Shown piece after piece: positions 48,559-60,800 of a stretch of DNA of 64,000 nucleotides. Each line of letters begins with the position of its first letter. Position 1 is the first letter of the stretch. The position numbers and the translations under genes are program-made. The notes under the pieces are model-generated. The model made no database searches and was not told where the DNA came from. It saw only the letters and a program-made list of their open reading frames with translations. The stretch comes from Macrostomum lignano. Taxonomy: Eukaryota. The stretch is from positions 124,001-188,000 of the forward strand of contig NIVC01001037.1 of assembly GCA_002269645.1 (NCBI GenBank), read 5' to 3'.

Positions 48559-49409
48559 AGGTAAAATGGTTGTTAAGAGGAAACGGTTGCTAGGTTGAAT
48601 ACAGATACAAAGTTTTGCGAAACAATTCAGTCACTCGCATCCTTCGCGCATCCTGTTTAATTTTAGTGTCGGCATCTTGCTGGGAAAAACATTTTTGCGT
48701 CCGGACAAAAGTCACAGGGAGTTGGTGGACGAACTGCGCACTGAAAGCATCGCATTGTGAATTTCAGTTTATTACAACCGATGCATTCGACCCAGCAAAG
48801 ATGCAGGATACAAAGAAGAGCAGTGGAGTTCGGCACCACCAGCCAGTCAGCTAGATAGTGAAACCCCGGCATGCAAGTTCAAGCCTCACCAGGCTGTGTT
48901 CAGAGATCTCTCTCTCTCTCTCTTTCTCCCTCTCTCTCTCCCGGGTGACCCGACGCTTCCAGTCCAACTCCAGAGAATTTCGTTGACTGCGCAGCGCAGT
49001 GCCAATGCAGTCCATCGCACAGCACTGAAAAATCTGAAATGCGACGCCGGCTGTGCCCCCCCCCACCACCACTTCCACTCCGCCCTCACAAATCAGGACA
49101 GCCATTGCAAAAACAGTTTTGTACGGCGTCTGTACGCAGCAACAGGGAGGGTGGTGGGATGCACTGCTGATCGCTTTTCCCTTCCAGTTTCCCTGTCTGT
49201 GTGGCTTGAAACGCCAAACGGTTCGATAAAGCCGGCTGGGGGGCCATGCGAAAGTGGGGATTGGTTCATCGTGGATGGCTTGCTTCAGCCCTCTGGAGGG
49301 ATGGCAGAGTGCGCAATGGGGATTAAACTTCGTGTCCTTGGCTGCACAGCACTCTCACTCTCTCCTCGCTTCCTCTGCCTCTGCCTCCCTCACCCCGAAC
49401 TGGCCACCA

Positions 49410-49545
49410 GTCCGCCATTGGCTGCCGGGCATTTATAACTCGAGCGGCGTTGGTGGTCCGACTTCGATTTTATTCAAACTCTTGCAATTTTGAGCGTAAT
49501 TCGTTCCAATTTTGTGCCTAGCATAAATTGAACAGGTGACGAAGG
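49410..49545 (+). promoter_or_regulatory. Putative core promoter and non-coding first exon of the four-TM gene
   Basis: ATTGG (reverse CCAAT) followed by TTATAA near 49416-49440, a strong donor AAG|GTAAGT near 49544, and an acceptor TTTCAG near 51849 just upstream of the ATG. Confidence 0.4.
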
Positions 49546-49624
49546 TAAGTGAACTGTGTTTTAAAGCTTGAATAGCTAATTGCATGCTTTCTGTAATTTT
49601 AGCTGTGCCTAAACTAATGTGAGA

Positions 49625-51800
49625 CAGAATCAGGGACTGACCAGAGAGCGAAGAGGCAGACTCAGGGACTGACCAGAGAGCGAAGAGGCAGACTCAGGGA
49701 CTGACCAGAGAGCGAAGAGGCAGACTCAGGGACTGACCAGAGAGCGAAGAGGCAGACTCAGGGACTGACCAGAGAGCGAAGAGGCAGACTCAGGGACTGA
49801 CCAGAGAGCGAATAGGCAGACTCAGCGACTCACCAGGGAGCGAAGAGGCAGACTCAGGGACTCATCAGGGAGCGAAGAGGCAGACTCAGCGACTCATCAG
49901 GGAGCGAAGAGGCAGACTCAGGGACTGACCAGAGAGCGAAGAGGCAGACTCAGCGACTCATCAGGGAGCGAAGAGGCAGACTCAGCGACTCACCAGGGAG
50001 CGAAGAGGCAGACTCAGGGACTCATCAGGGAGCGAAGAGGCAGACTCAGCGACTCATCAGGGAGCGAAGAGGCAGACTCAGCGACTCATCAGGGAGCGAA
50101 GAGGCAGACTCAGCGACTAATCAGGGAGCGAAGAGGCAGACTCAGCGACTCACCAGGGAGCGAAGAGGCAGACTCAGGGACTCATCAGGGAGCGAAGAGG
50201 CAGACTCAGGGACTGACCAGAGAGCGAAGAGGCAGACTCAGGGACTGACCAGAGAGCGAAGAGGCAGACTCAGGGACTGACCAGAGAGCGAAGAGGCAGA
50301 CTCAGGGACTGACCAGAGAGCGAAGAGGCAGACTCAGGGACTGACCAGAGAGCGAATAGGCAGACTCAGCGACTCACCAGGGAGCGAAGAGGCAGACTCA
50401 GGGACTCATCAGGGAGCGAAGAGGCAGACTCAGGGACTCATCAGGGAGCGAAGAGGCAGACTCAGCGACTCACCAGGGAGCGAAGAGGCAGACTCAGCGA
50501 CTCATCAGGGAGCGAAGAGGCAGACTCAGCGACTCACCAGGGAGCGAAGAGGCAGACTCAGGGACTCATCAGGGAGCGAAGAGGCAGACTCAGCGACTCA
50601 TCAGGGAGCGAAGAGGCAGACTCAGCGACTCATCAGGGAGCGAAGAGGCAGACTCAGCGACTAATCAGGGAGCGAAGAGGCAGACTCAGCGACTCACCAG
50701 GGAGCGAAGAGGCAGACTCAGGGACTCATCAGGGAGCGAAGAGGCAGACTCAGCGACTCACCAGGGAGCGAAGAGGCAGACTCAGGGACTCATCAGGGAG
50801 CGAAGAGGCAGACTCAGCGACTCACCAGGGAGCGAAGAGGCAGACTCAGGGACTGACCAGAGAGCGAAGAGGCAGACTCAGGGACTGACCAGAGTGCGAA
50901 GAGGCAGACTCAGGGACTGACCAGAGAGCGAAGAGGCAGACTCAGGGACTGACCAGAGAGCGAAGAGGCAGACTCAGGGACTGACCAGAGAGCGAAGAGG
51001 CAGACTCAGGGACTGACCAGAGAGCGAAGAGGCAGACTCAGGGACTGACCAGAGAGCGAAGAGGCAGACTCAGGGACTGACCAGAGAGCGAAGAGGCAGA
51101 CTCAGGGACTGACCAGAGAGCGAATAGGCAGACTCAGCGACTCACCAGGGAGCGAAGAGGCAGACTCAGGGACTCATCAGGGAGCGAAGAGGCAGACTCA
51201 GCGACTCATCAGGGAGCGAAGAGGCAGACTCAGCGACTCACCAGGGAGCGAAGAGGCAGACTCAGCGACTCATCAGGGAGCGAAGAGGCAGACTCAGCGA
51301 CTCACCAGGGAGCGAAGAGGCAGACTCAGGGACTCATCAGGGAGCGAAGAGGCAGACTCAGCGACTCATCAGGGAGCGAAGAGGCAGACTCAGCGACTCA
51401 TCAGGGAGCGAAGAGGCAGACTCAGCGACTAATCAGGGAGCGAAGAGGCAGACTCAGCGACTCACCAGGGAGCGAAGAGGCAGACTCAGGGACTCATCAG
51501 GGAGCGAAGAGGCAGACTCAGCGACTCACCAGGGAGCGAAGAGGCAGACTCAGGGACTCATCAGGGAGCGAAGAGGCAGACTCAGCGACTCACCAGGGAG
51601 CGAAGAGGCAGACTCAGGGACTGACCAGAGAGCGAAGAGGCAGACTTAGGGACTGACCAGAGTGCGAAGAGGCAGACTCAGGGACTGACCAGAGAGCGAA
51701 GAGGCAGACTCAGGGACTGATCAGGGAGTAAAGAGGCACACTCAGGGACTGATCAGGGAGCAAAGAGGCACACTCAGGGACTGATCAGGGAGCGAAGAGG
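49625..51800. repeat. Minisatellite, 32-bp unit GACTCAG(G/C)GACT(G/C)A(C/T)CAG(A/G)GAGCGAAGAGGCA, with higher-order duplications
   Basis: ~68 copies; variant units recur at spacings of 544 and 768 bp. Confidence 0.96.
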
Positions 51801-51867
51801 CTCAGCAAATAACTGGACTCAAAACTAATCATAAACCTTTAAATTTCAGCAACAGGTATCCCCGAGC

Positions 51868-54203
51868 ATGGCAACAATCTCCTTTCACCAAATCTGCATC
51901 ACGGTGCTGAGCCTGGGCCTCGCCTGCGGCATCATCGCCTGCGCCTCGTCCAGTTGGCAAATGAGCTGGAATGCCAGAGGCTCCGGGCTCTTCGATCTGC
52001 CCAACAACAGTGAGCTGGCGTGTGGCATTCTGGCTGCTTAGCAACCAGTGGACCTTGCTTAGCATGCTTCGTAGTTATTTTAATAATACGGAAAAAGACT
52101 ACCAAGCTACTAGGCTATTAAGCTACTAGGCTATTAAGCTACTAGGCTATTAAGCTACTAGGCTATTAAGCTACTAGGCTATTAAGCTACTAGGCTATTA
52201 AGCTACTAGGCTATTAAGCTACTAGGCTATTAAGCTACTAGGCTATTAAGCTACTAGGCTATTAAGCTACTAGGCTATTAAGCTACTAGGCTATTAAGCT
52301 ACTAGGCTATTAAGCTACTAGGCTATTAAGCTACTAGGCTATTAAGCTACTAGGCTATTAAGCTACTAGGCTATTAAGCTACTAGGCTATTAAGCTACTA
52401 GGCTATTAAGCTACTAGGCTATTAAGCTACTAGGCTATTAAGCTACTAGGCTATTAAGCTACTAGGCTATTAAGCTACTAGGCTATTAAGCTACTAGGCT
52501 ATTAAGCTACTAGGCTATTAAGCTACTAGGCTATTAAGCTACTAGGCTATTAAGCTACTAGGCTATTAAGCTACTAGGCTATTAAGCTACTAGGCTATTA
52601 AGCTACTAGGCTATTAAGCTACTAGGCTATTAAGCTACTAGGCTATTAAGCTACTAGGCTATTAAGCTACTAGGCTATTAAGCTACTAGGCTGCGGGGCG
52701 CACATACCCCTTGAAGCAGTTAAATACCGCACCAACTCGCACCACTTGCGACACCCCACAGGCGAGGGCAACTCGGTTAAAGCCTTGACCATCATCGGGG
52801 TGGCCTTCTTGGCCTTCGGCTTGCTGCTGGAGATTCTCATGATTGTCTCCAACACCTTCAAGCTGAGCAAAGCCGTCAACCTGCTCTGCCTCGTGTGCTG
52901 CATCATTGCAGGTGAGGAACTGGATAAAACAGAGCAAAACAACTTCGTTCGAAAAAAAGCTTTTGCTCTGAAAATTGGCCCTGGGGTTGTCGTGGATTCA
53001 CACCCGTGAGGGACAACACCCCAAGGCACAGAGAGTGCACATGCCTGACGATTGGACAGTCAGGGCCACTGTACACCCTGAGTGAGCGTGTGTTTGAGTG
53101 CGTGCTTGCGTACAGTATGCGATCTTGGCCCAGCTGCAGAAGGTACCGGGCATCTGGATGCAGCGGGGAGATCCGGTGGTGCCGGTGTCCGCAGCGCGGT
53201 CCCCCTTCGGAGAGTCCAGGAGGTGGATTGTCGCTCGCCCGGTAGTCCTCAGGTAGCGGACGAGCTGGCAGAGATTCTCGGGCCTGAAAACGTCGGAGAG
53301 GTCCGGGTTTGGGCCGAGGTAGGCGAGCCTGTCCTGAGTAAAGGCGGGGCATTCACAGATGAAGTGCTCCGCATTCTCGGCACCGGAGAAGCTCCCTGGA
53401 GGTGACGATGCCTAGCAAAACAGCCATGACCTGAGAGGACCATTTTTATCGCCCTGATGTCCGACTGGTTGATCCGAGTGGTGACAAAGTGGTGTCAGCG
53501 AAATGGGCAGAACTGCCCAGGCGCTGGTTGTGGGACCATGTCGCCCAAGGCGTTGTGCCAGAGTGCCCCCAGCCCTCCTGTGAATATTTATTTAATATTT
53601 AATATTTATTTTGGTACAGAACAGCACAGAACAGCACAGAACAGCACAGAACAGCACAGAACAGCGCAGAACAGCACAGAACAGCATAGAACAGCGCAGA
53701 ACAGCACAGAACAGCACAGAACAGCACAGAACAGCACAGCACAGAACAGCATAGAACAGCGCAGAACAGCACAGAACAGCACAGAACAGCACAGAACAGA
53801 ACAGAACAGCACAGAACAGCACAGAACAGCACAGAACAGCACAGAACAGCACAGAACAGCAAAGAACAGCACAGAACAGCACAGAACAGCACAGAACAGC
53901 ACAGAACAGCAAAGAACAGCACAGAACAGCAAAGAACAGCACAGAACAGCACAGAACAGCGCAGAACAGCACAGAACAGCACAGAACAGCACAGAACAGC
54001 ACAGAACAGCACAGAACAGCGCAGAACAGCAAACCCAGCCTAAATAACTCCACGTCCCCGCAGTGGCCGGCCTACTCATCGGGCTCATTGTGTACGCCGC
54101 CAAGTTCTCATACGGCGGCTACAGCGTGTGGCTGCTGACCGCTAGCACCGTGTTCGCCATCGAGGCGCTGTTCTTCTACATCATCCAGTGGCGCTGCGCC
54201 TGA
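51868..54203 (+). CDS. Small four-transmembrane protein, claudin/PMP22-like, 144 aa
   Basis: Exons 51868-52009, 52762-52911, 54064-54203 (both joins phase 1). Four hydrophobic segments, W..(x)..GLF after TM1, and GGYSVWL before TM4. Family assignment rests on motif pattern only. Confidence 0.78.
52103..52692. repeat. Intronic minisatellite, 16-bp unit AAGCTACTAGGCTATT
   Basis: ~37 identical copies. Confidence 0.97.
52975..53580 (-). mobile_element. 3' fragment of an R1/Loa/I-group-like LINE ORF2 (53115-53580, minus) abutting a SINE-body homologue (52975-53115)
   Basis: Minus frames encode [20 protein letters not shown] and [22 protein letters not shown], a LINE C-terminal zinc-knuckle region with the CxxC part lost. 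52975-53115 (plus) is homologous to the SINE segment 48310-48435. Confidence 0.72.
53617..54030. repeat. Intronic 10-bp repeat ACAGAACAGC
   Basis: ~41 copies ending about 30 nt before the acceptor at 54063. Confidence 0.96.
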
Positions 54204-54832
54204 GCAGTGGCGGTGTGAATGCTCAGAAAATTCGAACTGCACCTGGGTGGTTGACCACGGATACTGTCAATATATATTTCATTTCTACTGGCAGAGAAGT
54301 TCTTTAGGCTCGAACGCTTCTTAGGTGCGAGCGTGTTTTGCTTACAATTAGCTGTCAATAAGGAATGATATTCCTATAATCTCAATGCTGCTGACTATTA
54401 GCCCTTAAAAACATTTTATAGCTAAATGATGATAATGTTAGCTTGTCTTCTATTTATTGACACTCGAACTGCTTCCTGTCTGCTGCTTTTGTGCAAGTGT
54501 TGTGTCAGTATTTATTGAGCATACCCAACCCGATAACAGTTATTTTGCATGATCTGAATGGCTATTTACTCAAATCCTGATAAATATTTAGCATCCGCGG
54601 CTTGAATAACTAATTGCTTTTTAAAAAGTTTTGTTTATCAAAAATAAGTCTCGGCACTTTTTCAATTAGCTGCTAAGTTTTCTCAATTGCTGATTTTATC
54701 TATTTATAATAATAAATTTTGTGCTCAGCATGGAAGCTACTTATAGTAGTTAGACGGCGTTTTAATACATTTTTATTAGACACAAGTATTTCGGTTTTCT
54801 GACTCGGCAATTATCAGGGATTTCCTGCTGCT

Positions 54833-57800
54833 CTACGGGCTGGTGAGCTGCTGGCGCTGCTGCAGGTGCGGCCCCAGTTTGCAGCGTCTCACGTGCTTCT
54901 CCATCGTGCTGGCCACTGAGTAGGGTGTGCCGCAGAATTTGCACTTGTAGGCAAATCGCCCGTCCCTGCAGTGAGTTTTCATGTGCCGGGTCAGCTTGCT
55001 GCTCTGCGCGCAGGCGTAGCTGCACAGGCGGCACCTGTAGGGTTTCTCTCCAGTGTGGCTCCTGCGGTGCACCGTCAGGTTCGAGCAGTTCTTGAACCTC
55101 TTGCCGCAGAATTCGCAGCTGTCTGGTCGAGACGAACTGCAGGGCTGAGGTGGTGGCGGTGGAGGCGGCGGAGGCGAAGGCGGAGGCGGCACTGCGTGCT
55201 GAACCGAAGGCATGAGACTACTCAGAGCCGAATGATATAAATGCATTGCTGGCCAAGCAGGACTCAGCGACGATGGAGTCCCATAGCAAGCAGCAGGCAC
55301 TTCAACATGTGCTGGGTACCTGCAAGTTGCGTTCAGTTTCTAAGCGTTAGCGTTCAGCCCCTAAGCCCTAAACCCTAACCCCTAACCCCTAACCCCTAAC
55401 CCCTAACCCCTAACCCCTAACCCCTAACCCCTAACCCCTAACCCTAACCCCTAACCCCTAACCCCTAACCCCTAACCCCTAACCCCTAACCCCTAACCCC
55501 TAACCCCTAACCCCTAACCCCTATCCCTAACCCCTAACCCCTAACCCCTAACCCCTAACCCCTAACCCCTAACCCTAACCCCTAACCCCTAACCCCTAAC
55601 CCCTAACCCCTAACCCCTAACACCTAACCCTAACCCCTAACCCCTAACCCCTAACCCCTATCCCCTAACCCCTAACCCCTAACCCATAACCCCTTACCCC
55701 TAACCCCTAACCCCTAACCACTAACCCATAACCCCTAACCCCTAACCCCTAAACCCCTAACCCCTAACCCTAACCCCTAACCCCTAACCCCTAACCCCTA
55801 ACCCCTATCCCCTATCCCCTAACCCCTAACCCCTAACCCCTAACCCCTATCCCCTAACCCCTAACCCCTAACCCCTAACCCCTAACCCCTAACCCCCTAA
55901 CCCCTAACCCCTAACCCCTAACCATTAACCTCCAAGCCTTAACAACCCCTTTATTAATAAATAACGTTATGAAACCTCGGCGCCAGATGTCCAATGGACA
56001 GTCCAGGTTTGCACTGCTGAGTCAGCCAGGCCTGCGCCGCCAGAGCCATAGACAAGACCAGCTGTGGCTCCTGGCTGAACATGCTGGACCGATGGTCCAC
56101 CTGCGACTGGTGCATCGGGTCCCAGGCTGTGCGGAAGCTCGGTTCTACAGTGCCACGTTTGGCGGGATCAGAAACTTGTATGAGCAGTCGGTGATTGGAT
56201 GAAAGGATGATGGAATAAATGTAATAACCCCCTGGAGTACCTGAGGGAACACAGGTGATAACCCCCTGGAGTACCTGAGGGAACACAGGTGATAACCCCC
56301 TGGAGTACCTGAGGGAACACAGGTGATAACCCCCTGGAGTACCTGAGGGAACACAGGTGATAACTCACTGGAGTGCTTGAGGGAATACAGGTGATAACTC
56401 ACTGGAGTGCCTGAGGGAACACAGGTGATAACTCACTGGAGTGCCAGAGGGAATACAGGTGATAATTAATTGGAGTTCCTGAGGGAATACAGGTGATAAT
56501 TAGTTGGAGTGCCTGAGGGAATACAGGTGATAACTCACTGGAGTGCTTGAGGGAATACAGGTGATAACTCACTGGAGTACCTGAGGGAATACAGGTGATA
56601 ACTCACTGGAGTGCCAGAGGGAATACAGGTGATAACTCACTGGAGTGCCAGAGGGAATACAGGTGATAATTAATTGGAGTGCCTGAGGGAACACAGGTGA
56701 TAATTAGTTGGAGTGCCAGAGGGAATACAGGTGATAACTCACTGGAGTGCCAGAGGGAATACAGGTGATAATTAATTGGAGTGCCTGAGGGAACACAGGT
56801 GATAATTAGTTGGAGTGCCAGAGGGAATACAGGTGATAACTCACTGGAGTGCCAGAGGGAATACAGGTGATAATTAATTGGAGTGCCTGAGGGAACACAG
56901 GTGATAATTAGTTGGAGTGCTTGAGGGAATACAGGTGATAACTCACTGGAGTGCCTGAGGGAATACAGGTGATAACTCACTGGAGTGCCTGAGGGAACAC
57001 AGGTGATAATTAATTGGAGTGCTTGAGGGAATACAGGTGATAACCCCCTGGAGTACCTGAGGGAATACAGGTGATAACTCCCTGGAGTACCTGAGGGAAT
57101 ACAGGTGATAACTCACTGGAGTACCTGAGGGAACACAGGTGATAACTCACTGGAGTGCCAGAGGGAATACAGGTGATAATTCCCTGGAGTACCTGAGGGA
57201 ATACAGGTGATAACTCACTGGAGTGCCTGAGGGAACACAGGTGATAACTCACTGGAGTACCTGAGGGAATACAGGTGATAACTCACTGGAGTACCTGAGG
57301 GAACACAGGTGATAACTCACTGGAGTACCTGAGGGAATACAGGTGATAACTCACTGGAGTGCCTGAGGGTTGAGGCAGCAAGGGTGATCAGAGAGAATGC
57401 CAAAACTCACCTGAAGGTTCTGCCATCACTTCGTTATCGCAGGCCGACTTGGAGGCTGAGCGCATTGATGAAGCCGCAGATTGCAAAGCGTTACCATGAG
57501 AGATTTGCGTGCCTAGATATACAATTAAAATCTTAAGCAATCTTATAAGCGCTTATATACTGGTTTAAGTAAAGCATAATTTAGTGCACCTGTCTCGGTA
57601 GAGAGGCTCTTCGAGCCACTGACCAATAGACAGAAAAAATGCCATTTATACCACTTGGACACTTTTATTGTCTTGGCCTATTGTTCCCAGCAATTGTTCG
57701 GCAGTTATTGAAGATTATAAATTTATGCTAATTATTTAGCATATTTAGCTGAACTCAATTATATGAGTAGCCAGCAGTTGCCCAGAGGGACAGACGGACC

Positions 57801-60800
57801 GAACAGTCTGCTCAGGGCTGTGGCTAATCTTAATGGCTCGGTAAGAATTGCAAAAGTTTTTCAAAATGCAGCGAAATTTTTTTAAGCTGTCTCAGTCCGT
57901 CTGAGCTCTTTCAACCGGCCGTTCATTCGGGTTTGCTTGCGTTGCAGCGCAAGACTTGTAAGACAAACCGCCTTTAGGTGAGCAATGAGCTCATTGTGTC
58001 TCCAACTAGGCCAGTTTGAATTGCTTGTCTGCCTGATGTTCAAGTTTTATCAAGGACTCCAAGACAGAAGGCTGAGAATGAGATAAATTGGTAGATAGAA
58101 AGAAAGATAAAATGGTAGATAGAAAGGGAGATAGAAAGGGAGATAGAAAGGGAGATAGAAAGGGAGATAGAATGGTAGATAGATAGGGAGATAAAAAGGT
58201 AGATAGACAGGGAGAGAGAATGGTAGATAGAAAGGGAGATAAAATGGTAGATAGACAGGGAGAGAGAATGGTAGATAGAAGGGGATATAGAAAGGTAGAT
58301 AGAAAGGGATATAGAAAGGTAGATAGAAAGGGAGATAGAATAACAGATAGAAAGGGAGATAGAATAACAGATAGAAAGGGAGATAGAATAACAGATAGAA
58401 AGGTAGATAGAATAACAGATAGAAAGGGAGATAGAATAACGGATAGATAGGGAGATAAAATGGTAGATAGAAAGGGAGATAGAATAACAGATAGAAAGGG
58501 AGATAGAATAACAGATAGAAAGGGAGATAGAATAACAGATAGAAAGGGAGATAGAATAACAGATAGAAAGGGAGATAGAATAACAGATAGAAAGGGAGAT
58601 AGAATAACAGATAGAAAGGGAGATAGAATAACAGATAGAAAGGGAGATAGAATAACAGATAGAAAGGTAGATAGAATAACAGATAGAAAGGGAGATAGAA
58701 TAACAGATAGAAAGGGAGATAGAATAACAGATAGATAGGGAGATAAAATGGTAGATAGAAAGGGAGATAGAATAACAGATAGAAAGGGAGATAGAATAAC
58801 AGATAGAAAGGGAGATAGAATAACAGATAGAAAGGGAGATAGAATAACAGATAGATAGGGAGATAAAATGGTAGATAGAAAGGGAGATAGAATAACAGAT
58901 AGAAAGGGAGATAGAATAACAGATAGAAAGGGAGATAGAATAACAGATAGATAGGGAGATAAAATGGTAGATAGAAAGGGAGATAGAATAACAGATAGAA
59001 AGGGAGATAGAATAACAGATAAAAAGGGAGATAGAATAACAGATAGAAAGGTAGATAGAATAACAGATAGAAAGGGAGATAGAATAACAGATAGATAGGG
59101 AGATAAAATGGTAGATAGAAAGGGAGATAGAATAACAGATAGAAAGGGAGATAGAATAACAGATAGAAAGGGAGATAGAATAACAGATAGATAGGGAGAT
59201 AAAATGGTAGATTGAAAGGGAGATAGAGTCATCACGCAACATAAGAATGGCTATCCAATTAGAAAATACTGTTAATTAAAAAGATCGATAAACCTTAGTG
59301 AAAAATAGCATTTCCATTTGGACAAAAGCAACCCATTAATCAGACATTTGAGAAGCCTCGCCTTTATCTTTGGGCAAATCTTTTGACAGGATTGTTTGTG
59401 CTTAATAAAGCGTTTAGATTTTTAATCCGAATGATAATTAATTGGACCAGTGGCTTCGTTCGTGAGCTTTAACTTAATGCTGGCTTGAGAATTTAATTGG
59501 GAAGATCAAATTGCCTGAGAAATTTATTTTGAGTTCGGAAAAAGGCATCCACTCAAATGCCCCAAATACCTCGACAGGTAGACAACCACCCACATACCTC
59601 AAGACAGGTAGACAACCATTCCAATGCCCCACATACCTCAAGACAGGTAGACAACCACCCACATACCTCAAGACAGGTAGACAACCATTCCAATGCCCCA
59701 CATACCTCAGAACAGGTAGACAACCATTCCAATGCCCCACATACCTCAGAACAGGTAGACAACCATTCCAATGCCCCACATACCTCAGAACAGGTAGACA
59801 ACCATTCCAATGCCCCACATACCTCAGAACAGGTAGACAACCATTCCAATGCCCCACATACCTCAGAACAGGTAGACAACCATTCCAATGCCCCACATAC
59901 CTCAGAACAGGTAGACAACCATTCCAATGCCCCACATACCTCAGAACAGGTAGACAACCATTCCAATGCCCCACATACCTCAGAACAGGTAGACAACCAT
60001 TCAAATGCCCCACATACCTCAGGACAGGTAGACAAACCCACTCCAATGCTCCACATACCTTAAGATAGGTAGACAACCACCCACATACCTTAAGACAGGT
60101 AAACACCTGTAATGCCACTCTGGCCAGTGCTAGCTTGTACATTGTTTTCTATTAGCAAGTACATGTCGCTACTCAACTTATGTACGTAAGGCACGCGGCT
60201 CTTGTGCACGTTGTAATCAGATCGCTTCCAAATATATAAATATTGTCTCACCCTACTTGGAGGGTTAAGACCTGACTCCTGAGTCATTACATTGGCGTCG
60301 CAAGGCTGAACCATGGCCTTCCTACAACTGCCGGCCCCAGGTAACTTTAGCATTAGAGACGACCCCCACTCCACAAGTAAGCGCCGGCAGGAGTGGTCAA
60401 CCAACCTTCTGCGCTACCTGGCGGCCACGGGCATCACGAACGAGACACAGAAACGCCAGATCCTCCTATACACGGCAGGCAAAGAAGTAAGCGACCTGTA
60501 TAGCGAGATCATAGCAACAGAGACCGACACAACAGAAGGCGAGCCTACAGTCGAACCCACGGTCGACCAGCTGATCACGCTGCTCACCAAGCATTTCCAA
60601 GGTCGCGACAACATTGTGTTTCTCCGCTACCAATTCCGCCAGTGCGTGCAGGACGAAGGCGAGTCGATAGTCGGCAGTCGGAATTCACCCCAGCACCGAG
60701 AAAGTGGCGGCCATCAACAGTTTCAAGCGGCCGACCAACGCGACCGAGGTCCGCTCGTTCCTCGGCCTCGTCAACTTCGTGGCGCGCTTTATCAGCAACC

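Noticed and set aside
55357-55925. True chromosome end
   Set aside because: Unique sequence and phase-compatible BCL11 exons lie on both sides. A mis-join cannot be excluded without reads but is not needed to explain the data.
57950-58075. Degenerate BCL11 N-terminal CCHC finger exon
   Set aside because: There is a faint F.L..L....H pattern, but with two stops and no cysteines, so it cannot be distinguished from chance.
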